64,000 nucleotides of DNA from Octopus vulgaris (GCA_951406725.2 OX597820.1:31868001-31932000), one strand, 5' to 3'. Positions 1 to 15,445 are shown, counted from the first letter of the stretch. The notes: generated from the sequence alone by a model not told the origin. Numbers and translations: made by a program.

Positions 1-102
1 ACAACCACACACACACATACCAAACCCACTCATTCACTCAAGCACATATATACATGTGTATTTACTCACTGAATTACATATATGCATGTATATAACAATG
101 TA

Positions 103-147
<45 letters not shown>

Positions 148-757
148 ATACACATATACACATATATAAATACATACACACACATAAATATATTTATATT
201 CATATATATATATATATATGTAGAATACATATAACATATATATACGTATATACATATATGTAATTATACATATACGTATGTATATACAAACATACACACG
301 CACACTCACGCGAATACACACACTCACACGCTGACAGGCACACACACACACAGACATATATGTATACACACACACACGCACACACAAATACATATCTATA
401 GGATAAAATGTAAAGGAGAAACAAAATCGAGTAATTATTTATTTATAAATTATATTTATATTCTGTGACATGTGTAGTTTTTGAAAGATATAAATTTACT
501 ACATGTACTTTGTAATATCTCCACAATACTTCAGCTTCTATATAAAATTATATACATATTTTCTCAAACCGAAATTGCATTATGGAAAATGATGGGATTA
601 GCAATGTTTCTATTTTATAATTATGATATCAATAGCAACAACAACAAAGAATTTAACACGAAACAGGAAAAAACGCAATGAAAATAATAATGACGATGAT
701 GATGATGATAATGAAATTGGTTTTAAATTTTGGTTTCACGACCAGTAATTTCAGAGG

Positions 758-864
758 AGAGAATAAGTCGATTACACGGAACCCAGTGTACTACTGGTAC
801 TTAATTTATCGACCTCGATAGGATGAAAGGCAAAGTCGACTTCTGCGGTATTTGAGCTCAGAAC
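758..864 (-). mobile_element. SINE family A, partial (tRNA-like head, MetaSINE-like core)
   Basis: Reverse complement of the family core gagttcaaattccgccgaggtcgactttgcctttcatcctttcggggtcgataaattaagtaccag seen in other copies (47594, 30801). Confidence 0.75.
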
Positions 865-875
865 CTCAGGACCTC

Positions 876-1266
876 AGCATGTTTCTTAATGGCTACCGAT
901 ATGTGCATCTCTGTCCACGTGCAGAAGCAGGAGGAGAGCATCATAGCCGTGTGTTGAAAGGAATTCTTGGCGGTTTGGATAAGTCACCTTTGGAATCATG
1001 AGTGGTTCGTTCAACATCCTTAAACAATCCTTATTCAGAGACCTTTCGAGCGGGATGGGCTAATCGACCAGAAGAAAATTCTAACTGGGCCCTACCTGCA
1101 AGGTCATGCGCTGTTTTATCTTGATATCAGATCACCATGTCGCGCACATAAGGTTGTGATGCATGTGCCTGGTGTACCCTTATCAGACGGGTAGTCACGA
1201 TGGGTATACTGGGCTTCGTATATTTTACCCCAGTGTCACTTTGATGGCATGCCTGCACTCGCACTC
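876..1266 (+). mobile_element. Family C (TAA)n-associated non-coding element, 5'-truncated copy
   Basis: Aligns by eye with the 3' part of 1392-1944; ends ...cactc and runs into (AAT)n. Confidence 0.85.
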
Positions 1267-1944
<678 letters not shown>

Positions 1945-2228
1945 AATAATAATAATAATAATAATCCTTTCTACTATAGGCACAAGGTCTGGATTTTTAT
2001 GGGGAAGGGCAATAGATGCTTTCTACTATAATCACAAAGACTGGATTTTTGCGGGGAGGAGATAATCCAGTGTAATAATGATGATAATGATAATGATGAT
2101 GATTCCTTATTATTATTTTTTGTCACAAGGGGCACAGTAGAAGAGATAGACTATAAAAGGTATCGGGATGTTTACATTGAAATAAGATAAATGACAGAAA
2201 AAATTTGAAAGTGAAAGTAGACACTCAT

Positions 2229-2259
<31 letters not shown>

Positions 2260-2364
2260 CATAGATTCATTATATTCATATGTCTATATCTAAGCAAAAT
2301 AATTGAGATTCAGTTGAATTAGGTACTAAAGTTGAAGCACCAAAAATTAGTGAGGCATTCGAGT

Positions 2365-2408
<44 letters not shown>

Positions 2409-2472
2409 CACACAAACATGCACACACGTATACATACATGTATTATACACCTATGGTGTGTGTGTATGTGTG

Positions 2473-2508
<36 letters not shown>

Positions 2509-2510
<2 letters not shown>

Positions 2511-2732
2511 GGGTTGGTCAAAAGTCACCTGACAGTAAATCAAAACCCATTTAATTCCGAATTTTAAACAAAAATTATTTCATATGAGACTGCGTTAATA
2601 AATAGACAAATGTTGAGAAAAAATAGACAGTATTCAATTATTAAATATTCATAATTAGAATGAATTAATAAAATTGAATTTTAGGTATTTATGGGATTTT
2701 GATTTACTGTCTGGTGACTTTTTTGGCCAATC

Positions 2733-2735
<3 letters not shown>
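2509..2735. mobile_element. Tc1/mariner-type MITE
   Basis: TIRs cagggttggtcaaaagtcacctgacagtaaatcaaaa / ttttgatttactgtctggtgacttttttggccaatcct; lies in (TA)n; related copy at 16392. Confidence 0.8.
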
Positions 2736-2763
<28 letters not shown>

Positions 2764-2802
2764 TAATATGTGATACGTATATGTACATACTTATATCTAT
2801 AC

Positions 2803-2839
<37 letters not shown>

Positions 2840-2876
2840 TATGTATATACGTATATGTACATACTTATATCTATAC

Positions 2877-2924
<48 letters not shown>

Positions 2925-2929
<5 letters not shown>

Positions 2930-3420
2930 TATGTGGGTACAGGACGTCACGAAACGTGTACAAAAATATACGAAGCACGAGTACATGGAACATGAACTAT
3001 TCTTTCGAACAACGAAAGACACAAATGGAAAACAAAACAAACAACATAAAGAACGACTCTTCATTAGTTGTTGGCTGTTTTTCTAGTCTCGTATTTCGAG
3101 CATTTAACAATAAATACGCTTTCGATAAAACAGTTGCTCCCGCAACGCAAATTAAATAAGATTTGGGATTTTGTGGAGGCTCAAAACTGGTAACACTAAC
3201 AGGACGAGGTTGTGGTGGCGAACGCGTAAATCAAGCTAGGACAGGAGACAAACAAGAACACGTCTTCCTTGTTCCAGCTACAACGGAGAGAAAGAAAGAA
3301 AAATGGGCGATGGTCACGTGGGAACCACGTGAACAAGGGAGGAGGAGTGAGAAAAACAGTGGCAGGATAGAATAGCGGGAGAAGAGAAGGTAAAAGTATA
3401 AGAGAGAGAAAAAGAAAGAA
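2925..3420 (-). mobile_element. Penelope-like terminal fragment (family F) with degenerate HHR-like motif at 3075-3133
   Basis: Similar to 37300-37600 (ggagcaactg...tgctcgaaat...gtcgttcttt...gtgacgtcctgtac); ends in (TA)n. The Penelope assignment is inferred from the HHR-like motif. Confidence 0.5.
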
Positions 3421-3679
3421 AAACGAAGATATATGTATTATATATGTGATATATATAAAGGATACGAATTTAATATCTCTCTCGAGGACTTATTTAAATT
3501 CAGCTAAGGAACTCCACAAACCCTGGATTATCCCGATTGCAAAAAATAAACTCCCTCTTCCCTCCTTTTTCTAGCTACTTCTAGGGCCATTCAATCTGAG
3601 CACAATCACCATTTTCAACTATTGCTTGCTAAATTATTGGAGGACAGTGCTTTTTTTTCTAACACCACCGTTTTTTTCT

Positions 3680-3825
3680 GCCCTCACCAGCATCTCTACC
3701 CTCTCCGTCCCCTCCAAAATAACCTCCTGCTATACCCTTACCGTTCTCTCCAACCTCGCTGTATCCTATATCCTTACCGTGCCCTCCATCATCACCGTTA
3801 TCTCCGATATCATTGTCCTCTCCAT
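3680..3825. repeat. Degenerate ~39-bp minisatellite
   Basis: Recurring units tatacccttaccgttctctcc / tatatccttaccgtgccctcc. Confidence 0.45.
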
Positions 3826-4984
3826 AATATTAATTTTTTAAGAGAAAAATTATGGAACGATGCTTATCAGAGACATTATGAATATTGAGCTTCTCAACTA
3901 AACATTGTGTGCAATAAAGCTTTCAAATGAACGGTATGTATGTATGTATGTATGTATGTATGTATGTATGTATGTATGTATGTATGTATGTATGTATGTC
4001 TCTCCGGTTTTTAATAAATACTTTACTTTTAGATTTGAAAAAATATTTACATTTTGACTTATATTCCGCCTTTCATTTGTCTAATTTCTTTTCGATCAAC
4101 TTATCTTTCGATCAAATGGCCTTTAAAATTTTTGTTAAAATTTATCTTATGCTAGAATATGTCTTTCTACGAATATACTATTCCGTCAACTTCACATTCG
4201 AACAATATACCATCCACTAAGCTGTATTCCGAGGAATAAGTTTGTAGATTCCTTTATACGCAATATTTTCTGTTGAGTTATAATTCCATTATTTGATTTC
4301 CTTCGAATATCTGTTTCTTGGAATATATATTTTACGAATATATCACTCAGCCAATTTCCCACTCGGGTACTATGCTTTCGACAAGTAATTATTTGAAGGA
4401 ATATGCCCTTAAATTATCTCATATACTAAACAAGTAAATAAGTCACTTCTCCTTAATTCGTTATCTTTCTTTTGTCTTTTAATAATTTGATCCGAGAAAG
4501 AAAAAGAATGATCGACAGAAAGATTTCATGGGCTTCGGAGACCTTATGAGGTAGATGAAGTCGATAGAATTGATTGACTCGTGAGTATAACGCAGTGCAT
4601 TGCAACACGCTGCAAGGGCATCCTGAATAATGAACGGATTTGCAGGCACCAGCGTGTCTCGACAAACGGTTTACAAGTGAAATTTGGTAGTTAGTATCTG
4701 CACCTTGGTCTCGTGTACATACATACATACATACATACATACATACATGCATGCATACATACATACATACATACATACATACGTATATACATAGCTGCAT
4801 ACCTAGATCCATGCATACATACATACGTATATATATATATAAATATATATATATATACATACACACACACACCTATATATATATATAATATATACACACA
4901 TTTATATATATGTGTGTGTGTGTGTGTGCATGTATATGTCTGTTTCCCTCTGCACATGTGTGCGCGTGTATACACACACACACA

Positions 4985-5017
<33 letters not shown>

Positions 5018-5170
5018 GTATGTATATCTGTGTGTGTGTGTGTGTGTCCACTCAGACACAACACACACAGATACACCCGCGCGCACACATAAACACTTTA
5101 TGTATGTATGCATGTATGCGTGTATGTATGAACGTACGTATCTATGTATGTATGTCTGTCTGTCTATCTG

Positions 5171-5251
<81 letters not shown>

Positions 5252-5252
5252 A

Positions 5253-5285
<33 letters not shown>

Positions 5286-5499
5286 GTGCGTGCGTGTGAG
5301 CGCGCGTATTTGTGTGCACATATAGACACACACAGACATTTGAATATATGCTTACATATATTATTAATTTAACTATATAATGATCCTAATGATGTATACC
5401 TTTGCATAAATCCTTAACATTCATATATATAATGTACATTTACGCACACAATTTTATTTATATGTACAATGATATATTTATATGTATGTTTTTTTTTTT

Positions 5500-5718
5500 A
5501 CTATCCACAAGGAGCTAAACACAGAGAGGACAAACAAGGACAGACAAACGCATTAAGTCGATGACATCGACTCCAATGCGTAATTGGAACTTATTTAATC
5601 GACCCCGAAAGGATGAAAGGCAAAGTTGACCTCGGCGGAATTTGAACTCAGAACGTAGCGGCGGACGAAATACTGCTAAGCATTTCGCCCGGCGTGCTAA
5701 CGATTCTGCCAGCTCGCC
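5500..5718 (-). mobile_element. SINE family A, full length
   Basis: Reverse complement of ggcgagctggcagaatcgttagcacgccgggcgaaatgcttagc...gagttcaaattcc (A/B-box-like) followed by the core. Confidence 0.85.
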
Positions 5719-6176
5719 ACATAATGATGCGTTTATGATTATAACGTCGTATATTAAATCACATACGTTGAGAAGTTTAACCATATAATATTTTGTATAA
5801 TACTGGCTATCTATAAAGATAATGCTGCACATATGCATATATAATGTTAAAACTTAGATAAAACTCAAAATTTAGATATGTTTCGTCCAAAACTTGGCCA
5901 TGCCAAACTGAAGGGCAACAATCCGATAGATCCTATTCCATCATTTTTAAGTCAAGCTTTTTGGTAATATGGTCCATTCAGTTAAAGACTTGTTGTACAC
6001 TGAGATGTTACCAGGTTTCGATTTCGTTTGAAGGGTGTTGAGATCTTTTTTTTCTTCTTTGACTTGTTTCAGTATAATGTCATATTGAGCAGGACCCGTT
6101 GGCATAGAATAACTGTGTTGCAGTGTATTGATGTGTTGTGAGACTGAATTATGTGGAGCACATTTGTTACGAAGAC

Positions 6177-6210
6177 TTTCCGACGAAGAACTATATCCGA
6201 AACGTCATTA
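6177..6210 (+). ncRNA. Degenerate minimal hammerhead motif (CCGACGA core)
   Basis: ccgacga-a-gaa-ctata-tcc-gaaa-cgtc; stem II imperfect. Confidence 0.35.
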
Positions 6211-6469
6211 TGTTACTCTGTAATTTTTATTCCGTTTTCTAGTATCAACCTAATAATTTCGTCTATGACAGTCCCTTAAACATTTCGCTTTTGTTTTGTT
6301 AATTGCATATTCATTACACACGTGCGTGCACACACACACACAGACCCACACAAACACACACATACACACACAGAGACATACAGAGACATAGAACCACACA
6401 CGATCGTGAGTGTACGGTTGGCGATTTTTTTCCTCTGTCTTCCCTTCTCTGGATCTTTCCTTCTCCTAT

Positions 6470-6504
6470 GTTTCCGACGAAGAGCTCCGCTCGAAACGTT
6501 AAAC
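6470..6504 (+). ncRNA. Minimal type I hammerhead ribozyme (U4C variant) in Penelope-like terminus
   Basis: gttt-CCGACGA-a-gagc-tcc-gctc-GAAA-cgtt-aaac: stem I gttt/aaac, stem II gagc/gctc, palindromic AACGTT stem III. Confidence 0.7.
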
Positions 6505-6624
6505 CCTCCTTCTTTCCTTCTTTCCTGAGCGTCCAATAATATTATATTTGTTCCACGTCCTCGCGTTGTTGTGTTTTTTTGTGCTTTCTTGTTTGGATTA
6601 ACTTTATATATATATATATATGTA

Positions 6625-6905
6625 GGATTGGCTGTGTGGTAAGTGGATTTGGTTGACGGAAACTGAAAGAAGCCCGTCGTATATATGTATATATATATCT
6701 ATATGTATGTGTGTGTATATGTTTGTGTGCCTGTGTTTGTTCCTCCAACATCGCTTGACAACCGATGCTGGTGTATTTACGTCCCCGTAACTTAGCGGTT
6801 CGGCAAAAGAGACAGATAGAATAAATCCTGGGGTCGATTTGCTCGACTAAAGGCGGTGCTCCAGCATAGCCAGAGTCAAATGACTGAAACAAGTAAATTA
6901 GTAAA
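6625..6905 (+). mobile_element. SINE family B, internally deleted
   Basis: gctgtgtggtaag joined directly to tggatttggttgacggaaactgaaagaagcccgtcg; internal microsatellite; tail ccagcatagccagagtcaaatgactgaaacaag. Confidence 0.8.
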
Positions 6906-6929
6906 AGATATATATATAAATTATATATA

Positions 6930-7023
<94 letters not shown>

Positions 7024-7086
7024 AATCTGTCTGTCTGTCTATCTCTCCGTCCGTTCATCGTCTGTCTGTCTGTCTTATGTACGTAC

Positions 7087-7117
<31 letters not shown>

Positions 7118-7633
7118 TGTATGTATGTATGTATGTATGTATGTATGTATGTATGTATGTAGCTATCTATCTATCTATCTATCTATCTATCTCAATGCAC
7201 GTCTATATTTAAAGTATATATATATCTATCTATGTTTTTAATTACCTCAGAGAAGGATGGGCAGTGTTCTTCACCCACTTACAAGAGGCTGGAAAAGAAA
7301 GTAAAGGGACAAAAAAAAAATAGCATGAGTCATGTGATGCGAGAGAACTTAGCAACGTATCAAGACCGGCAATTGTCTTAAGGCTGGAAACTTAGAGTGA
7401 ATAAGGGTATAATAGGGGACTGAGACAAAGGTACCCAAGCGTCAGGCTGTGGTGTTATACTGGGTACCAGAATACGGCAAATAATAATTAATTATGGACT
7501 GGCAATTGGTAAAAGTATTCTATGCATGTGGATGTTTTATTTTCGTATACAACATATACACACAAACATTCATATATATTCATGTATACATATATATACA
7601 TATATATACATATATACTTACATATATACATAC

Positions 7634-7704
<71 letters not shown>

Positions 7705-7725
7705 TATACATATATATATTTATAT

Positions 7726-7759
<34 letters not shown>

Positions 7760-7841
7760 ATATTTGTGCGTGTGTGTGTGCATGTTTGTATTATGCATGT
7801 AGATAGGTAAATATGAATGAATATGAATATATATATATATA

Positions 7842-7933
<92 letters not shown>

Positions 7934-8115
7934 CATACATCATCATCATCATCATCGTCAACAACAGCACCAACAAAATTTAACATGCATACGAAATTAA
8001 TACTACATATATGCATGTATGTATACAAATTTATATATGTTATACGATATATATATGTATATATTGTATATACATACATGCATATATATATATATATACA
8101 TACATATATATATAC

Positions 8116-8162
<47 letters not shown>

Positions 8163-8303
8163 CATACATATATATATATATACATAAATATACATTCATA
8201 TATATATATATATATATATATATACACTCATATATATATGCATGTATGTATATACAATATATACATATATAGATTGTATAACATATAAATTTTTATACAT
8301 AGA

Positions 8304-8347
<44 letters not shown>

Positions 8348-8499
8348 TATATATATATATAATATATATGTATATGTTCCTAAGCACACACACATATAAT
8401 TACTATGTATATATATGCATATGTATCTGCCTGTATATTTCCTTCTCTTTATGTATCTACATATCAAATGATATGCGTGTGTGTATGTATATGTATAGG

Positions 8500-8975
8500 G
8501 AACGCGCATGGCTCAGTAGTTAAGGCCTGGTAAGGCTATGAGTTCGATTCCCGGACTGGGCTGTGTGTGTTGTGTTCTTGAGCCTGACACTTTATTTCTC
8601 TTTGCTCCATTTCACTCAGGTGTAAATTTGAGTTGTGACGTCACTGGCGACAAGCTGTATCGGCATTTGCCTTTCCCTTGGATAACATCGGTGGCGTGGA
8701 GAGGGGTGGTTGGTATGCATGGGTGACTGCCGCTGGTCATGCATAAAAACAACCCTGTGTTTTGCGTACCCCGTTGAGGCAAGTTTCCGCCCAGACTTGT
8801 ACTACGGAGGGGAACCTCTTAGTTGCACCCATGGTCATTCGTGACCGAGGGAGTCGGGTTTATGTATATGCATGTTTGTGCGTGTATATATATATATATA
8901 TATATACTTGTACCCCGGAGGGAAACCTCTTGGGTGCCCCATGGTCATTCGTGACCGACGGAGTCGAGTTTATCT
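8500..8975 (+). mobile_element. tRNA-derived SINE (V-domain-like) with duplicated 3' end
   Basis: tggctcagtagttaagg...gagttcgattccc (A/B boxes), ttgtgttcttgagc..gacact; 3' segment repeated at 8797-8862 and 8907-8975. Confidence 0.65.
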
Positions 8976-8981
8976 ATATGC

Positions 8982-9037
<56 letters not shown>

Positions 9038-9635
9038 ATGTATATATGTATGCATGTGTATGTATGAAAATATATATATATATATATATACACATATGTG
9101 TATACACATAACCAAACATACATACATATATATATATAAGAACACACACAGATACACACACACGCATATATATATATATATGCTGCGTCAATCACATTTT
9201 TGTCATCTCTTATTATAATATATTTATAAAAGTAACACCAAGTATTACATTTAATTGTGTCCTTCCTTCATGGTGACTGCAGGGGTATTTAGCTACGATT
9301 TCTAGAAGGTCGGACATCGTTCAAACCTTTCCCCGTTGATGTATAAGTGTGCAAAGAAGGTATGTATTTAAATTATATAAAACACACAACTTTCAAAGAA
9401 TTGTACCCTACACAGTTTACACATTCAATACATACATAAATATATATTGCAAGGATTATATATGTATATATATATATATATTAGATATAAACACACACAC
9501 ACAAACACACACACGTAGGTACTTAAAACACTTTTCTCTAATTTCCCGAGAGTTAAATTAATACACCTGCTGTTGTTCGTAAACATAATTATATATATGT
9601 ACGTATATATATAAATATACATATATGTATATATA

Positions 9636-9737
<102 letters not shown>

Positions 9738-9750
9738 ATATTGGAAGGTT

Positions 9751-9808
<58 letters not shown>

Positions 9809-10032
9809 TATATATATATATATATATATTTGTATTTATATTTATATATATGTATATATATGTATATATACATATATATACATACGCACACACATGTTCG
9901 TCTTTTGTTTTACTGTAAATTTGAACTATTCAACGTATAAACACACATACACGGCTAGACAAAATCACATACACTCACACACAACATCTACATACATTCA
10001 TACATTCATGCATACATACATACATACATATA

Positions 10033-10076
<44 letters not shown>

Positions 10077-10544
10077 AAAGCATAGCGTGTATTAAATATG
10101 CATTCACACACGCGCACACACGTATATACTGTAATTAATTATGGACCGGTATTTGGTATAAGTGTTATATTTAGTGTGACATTTGTAAATATATAACGAA
10201 GAAAATGTGATTAACGCGGCAAATACACATACACACACAGACAGACATAGACACAGACACAGACATACAACTATTAATATGCAATTAGACATACTTACAA
10301 AGACATATCACGCATATTTCTGAACATATATATACGTGTATTATGTATGCATGCATGTATGTATGAATGTATGTATATATATATATATGTATATATACAT
10401 ACACACACACACACACATATACATTTAAATAGATATGTGTGTGTATATATATATATATATATATGATATGCATATATATATACATATTTATATATATATA
10501 TATATATATTTTATTGAAAAGCAGTCAAAAATATTTCACAAAAA

Positions 10545-10582
10545 CTGTTACTCAGAGTTTCATGTTCCCGTTCGTCGGAGAG
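10545..10582 (-). ncRNA. Minimal hammerhead motif (CCGACGA core)
   Basis: Minus strand: CCGACGA-acg-ggaa-cat-GAAA-ctc-t-gag-TA-acag; one mismatch in stem II, stem I weak. Confidence 0.55.
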
Positions 10583-10713
10583 TTTTGTTGCGAATGGAAC
10601 AAAGATAAGGTTATAAGCAAACACATACAATTCGTTTCATGGATACACATTTGAAAATAGTTTTGTTTCATTGGTCCTTTCAACTAACGGTTTCGCATCT
10701 ATGTGCTTACTCC

Positions 10714-10748
<35 letters not shown>

Positions 10749-10787
10749 TGATCAAAATAAAAATAAAAACATGAGGCAAAGGATTCA

Positions 10788-10865
10788 GCGGTACATATGT
10801 TTCGGGCCTTTATTAGACAGATTTATAACAAAGCATAATGTGTGTCTGTGGCCTTCTTCAGCCGC
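10788..10865 (-). ncRNA. Type I hammerhead ribozyme (inverted copy)
   Basis: Reverse complement of 11286-11363. Confidence 0.7.
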
Positions 10866-11285
10866 GCACAACAGCTTCCACAAGGACATGTGTTACATCA
10901 AAAATTCTTGGTTATATATGCAGCAGCAGCATAGAATTGAAGCGTCCATCTCTTTTTCTCTCAATGTAGAATGAGGAAACTTGGATATAAATAAATAAAT
11001 ACGTATATATGAAGATGGAGGGGCGAGAGTTCGGGACGAGGGATAAAAAATATGTATAAAATCCCTCGTCCCGAACTCTCGCCCCTCCATCTTCACCTCT
11101 ATATACGTATTTATTTATTTACATTACCTCAACATCCAAGTTTCCTCATTCTACATTGAGAGAAGAAAGAGATGGACGCTTCAATTTATGCGTGCTGCCG
11201 CATTATGTCGTACGTGAACGAGAGGATTTGCATCCCCAACCAAGAATTTTTGATGTAACACATGTCCTTGTGGAAGCTGTTGTGC

Positions 11286-11363
11286 GCGGCTGAAGAAGGC
11301 CACAGACACACATTATGCTTTGTTATAAATCTGTCTAATAAAGGCCCGAAACATATGTACCGC
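11286..11363 (+). ncRNA. Type I hammerhead ribozyme, Penelope-type
   Basis: gcgg-CTGAAGA-aggcc...ggccc-GAAA-c-atat-g-TA-ccgc: stem I gcgg/ccgc, canonical core, palindromic ACATATGT stem III, GUA cleavage site. Confidence 0.75.
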
Positions 11364-11471
11364 TGAATCCTTTGCCTCATGTTTTTATTTTTATTTTGAT
11401 CAATTTACTCCACCACCTACACCACCAAACGGTATACACAGGTGCTTATAATTATCAAGTACTCACCCCGA

Positions 11472-11568
<97 letters not shown>

Positions 11569-11693
11569 TACATATTATAATAAATTAGAGACAAAATTGG
11601 ATTCAATCTTAAATCTGATTTTTCCTTGTAAATTTGGATTTATTCCCTAATATTTATTATTACATATATACATATATATACATACATATATAT

Positions 11694-11829
<136 letters not shown>

Positions 11830-12625
11830 CATGTGTGTGTGCGTACATATACACACATCAAGAAATCGAAGTATTCATAACAGTTTTCCTTTTTGCCCTT
11901 GGTGGAGCCGACTATTTAAAATCTTGTAGTTCCTAGCATGACAATCATATCATATATACACCAGAGAGTAGTGTATATATATACATATCCGTGTTTGTTC
12001 TTGATAGTTTTATAAAGTAATGTGTCATTCAGAGGAATTCAACTGATTTCTTGACTGTTGACTGAATAATTCTTGAAGTTATGTATATTTCTGTTTATAT
12101 ATCTGATGTATGTACGCATGTATATATGTATGTATGTATGTATGTATATATGCATGAATGCATGTACGTATGTATGCATGTATGTATGCATGCATGCATG
12201 TATGTATGTATGTATGTATGCATGTATGTATGTGTATATATATATATGCCTATTTATACATATGTATATATGTATGTACATATGTATATATATAAATATA
12301 TATGCGTGTGTGTGTAAGTATGTATATCATATATATATGTGTGCATATGTTTATGTATATCTATATATGTTTATATAAAGCATTAAATATACACATGACT
12401 ATATGTGTATATTGGCCTGCCTATATATGCATGTATATATATATATATATATACATATATATACACACATATATATATATATATATGTGTGTGTATGTTC
12501 TTGTGTGTGTGTTTTTTTCCCCACACTATCTCTTGGCAAACGTTGTTGGTGTGTTTACGTCCCGGTAACTTATCTCTATATATCTCTATATATACACAGA
12601 CATATATATATATGTATATATATAT

Positions 12626-12680
<55 letters not shown>

Positions 12681-12687
12681 CATATAT

Positions 12688-12736
<49 letters not shown>

Positions 12737-13042
12737 TGAGTATGTATATAGGAATTTATTTTCTTGCATATATATATACGTGCATAAACGTACATATACT
12801 TATACGCAAATAAACATATATAGACAAACACACACACAAATATATACACTCGCATTACTCACACATATATATAATTATGTGTTCATTTTCGCATATATTC
12901 ACATATACATATGCATACATACGTACAGCTATAATTGTGTGCATGTCTGTCTTTGTGTTTGTGTGGGTGTAGTAACAAGCATGTATATGTGTGATTGTAA
13001 ATACATGTATACATACATAAACATATACATGCATATGTATAT

Positions 13043-13112
<70 letters not shown>

Positions 13113-13179
13113 GTACATATATATATATAAATATATAAATATATACGTTTAAATATTTGTTGTGCAAGATTTTTATATA

Positions 13180-13306
<127 letters not shown>

Positions 13307-13890
13307 ATATATACAGGTATATACATATTCAGAGACACAAACATTCATACGTGTGCATATGGGCGTGTATATATTCCTATATATGATTCGTGTATATATG
13401 CGTATATCTACCTATGTAGGTAAATGAATATATATATATATTTGTATATATGAAAGTTTGCATGTTTTTGTGCGTGCGTGTATGTATGTATGCGTTTATG
13501 TGTGTTTGTGTGTGTGTGTGTTTCTGCGTGGTTGTGTTTGTATGTATACATATTTGTGTCTGTGTGCGTTGTCATGGGAGCTCAGTAATATGCTGTACCC
13601 GCAAATCAAGAACAGCGATGCAGATAGGAATAGGGATGTGTAGGGCGTGAGTCAAAAGGATTAGGGTGGGCGTCTGAGGATTTATTTGGGCATACGGATA
13701 GTGGGCGGGTTGGTACTAAGGGGGGTGGGTATGCTGCTGAAATATTTTATGCATTTATACAATCATTTATTTAATATTGTTGTTGCTGTGGTTGTTGTGT
13801 ATAGTAAGCTTTGGGCTAATTAAGAGGCCTCGAAATAGATGAGGTCCCGTTGTATAATGCATATTTGTATGAGAGTTCGTGGGTACTATA

Positions 13891-13971
<81 letters not shown>

Positions 13972-14123
13972 ATGCGTGTATGTATGTATGTATGTATGTA
14001 TGTGTGTGTGTATGTATGTATGTATATATGTGTGGTGTATTTATATGTGTATCTATCTATCTATCTGCAAGTACATTGCTATACATACATGTATGATACA
14101 TATATGTGTATGTATATATATGT

Positions 14124-14221
<98 letters not shown>

Positions 14222-14324
14222 ATATATTTATATATATGTATATATATATTCATATAAATATATATGCATATATGGATGTATGTATATATACATATTTTAT
14301 ACTTTTACATATAAATATCTGCAT

Positions 14325-14358
<34 letters not shown>

Positions 14359-14366
14359 ATGCATAT

Positions 14367-14417
<51 letters not shown>

Positions 14418-15050
14418 AACATACATACATATATACTCACATATATATACAGATACATATGCTCAGAAGAGACATCTCTCCATATGTGTGTATGTGTGTG
14501 TGTATGTATACAGATGCATACAAATACTCTTATATTTATAGACATACATTTGTGTGTGTGAGTGTGAGTGTGTGTGTATATCTAAGTATGCATATATTAT
14601 ATATCATATTTATATCTATATGTGTATATACGTGTGTCTTTGTGCGTGTGTTTAGTAAGTAAACGTGTAGTAAAGTAAACGACGGTGACACAGCATGGCC
14701 GCCGTCCCGAGACTGAAACTAATAGTTGAAGAAGACATATATATATATATATATATATGTGTGTACGTGTGTGCGCGCGGGCGCGTGTGTTTCTGTTTAT
14801 ATACATGCACTCATAGATGTAAGTATGCATAGAACAGCATGTCTGTCAGTATCTTTGTCTCATTGCTTACCATTCACTTTCTGCCCCCCCCCCTTACACA
14901 TACATTCGTTCATAAAGCTATATCAAAGTACATCTTCATTCTGTTATTCTTCTACTTGTTTCAGTCACTTGACTGCGGCCATGCTGGAACACTACCCTAA
15001 ACATGTATTTGTGTTTGAGTATGTGTGTATACGTGTGTGTGTGTGTGTGC

Positions 15051-15134
<84 letters not shown>

Positions 15135-15136
15135 AT

Positions 15137-15231
<95 letters not shown>

Positions 15232-15233
<2 letters not shown>

Positions 15234-15443
15234 GTAATACCTCGCCGTGTCGCTCTTCACCTATCGCGGTTTATTATTATTATTTAAGCTTCCGAGGTGT
15301 TGTATTGCATTTATAATCAAATATAAATATACAAATTACAAAAATAATAAAAACAAATATACAGTACTGTTTCTACTTCGCGGATTTTCACTTATCGCGG
15401 GTGGTTTGGGAGCGTAATACCTGCGATAGTCCAGGGATTACTG
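15232..15443. mobile_element. pogo/Tigger-like MITE
   Basis: TIRs cagtaatacctcg / ccagggattactg, followed by TA. Confidence 0.7.
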
Positions 15444-15445
15444 TA

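Larger units (their letters stand above)
10744..11407. repeat. Long inverted repeat (~300/350-bp arms, 16-nt loop) of a Penelope-like terminus
   Basis: taaattgatcaaaa...gagggat at 10744-11044 is the reverse complement of atccctc...gatcaattta at 11061-11407, with indels; ORFs 10771+ and 11186- share the same N-terminal peptide. Confidence 0.95.

Noticed and set aside
13625-13735. G-run cluster as a G-quadruplex or telomeric repeat
   Set aside because: Irregular runs, a single ttaggg and no functional evidence.
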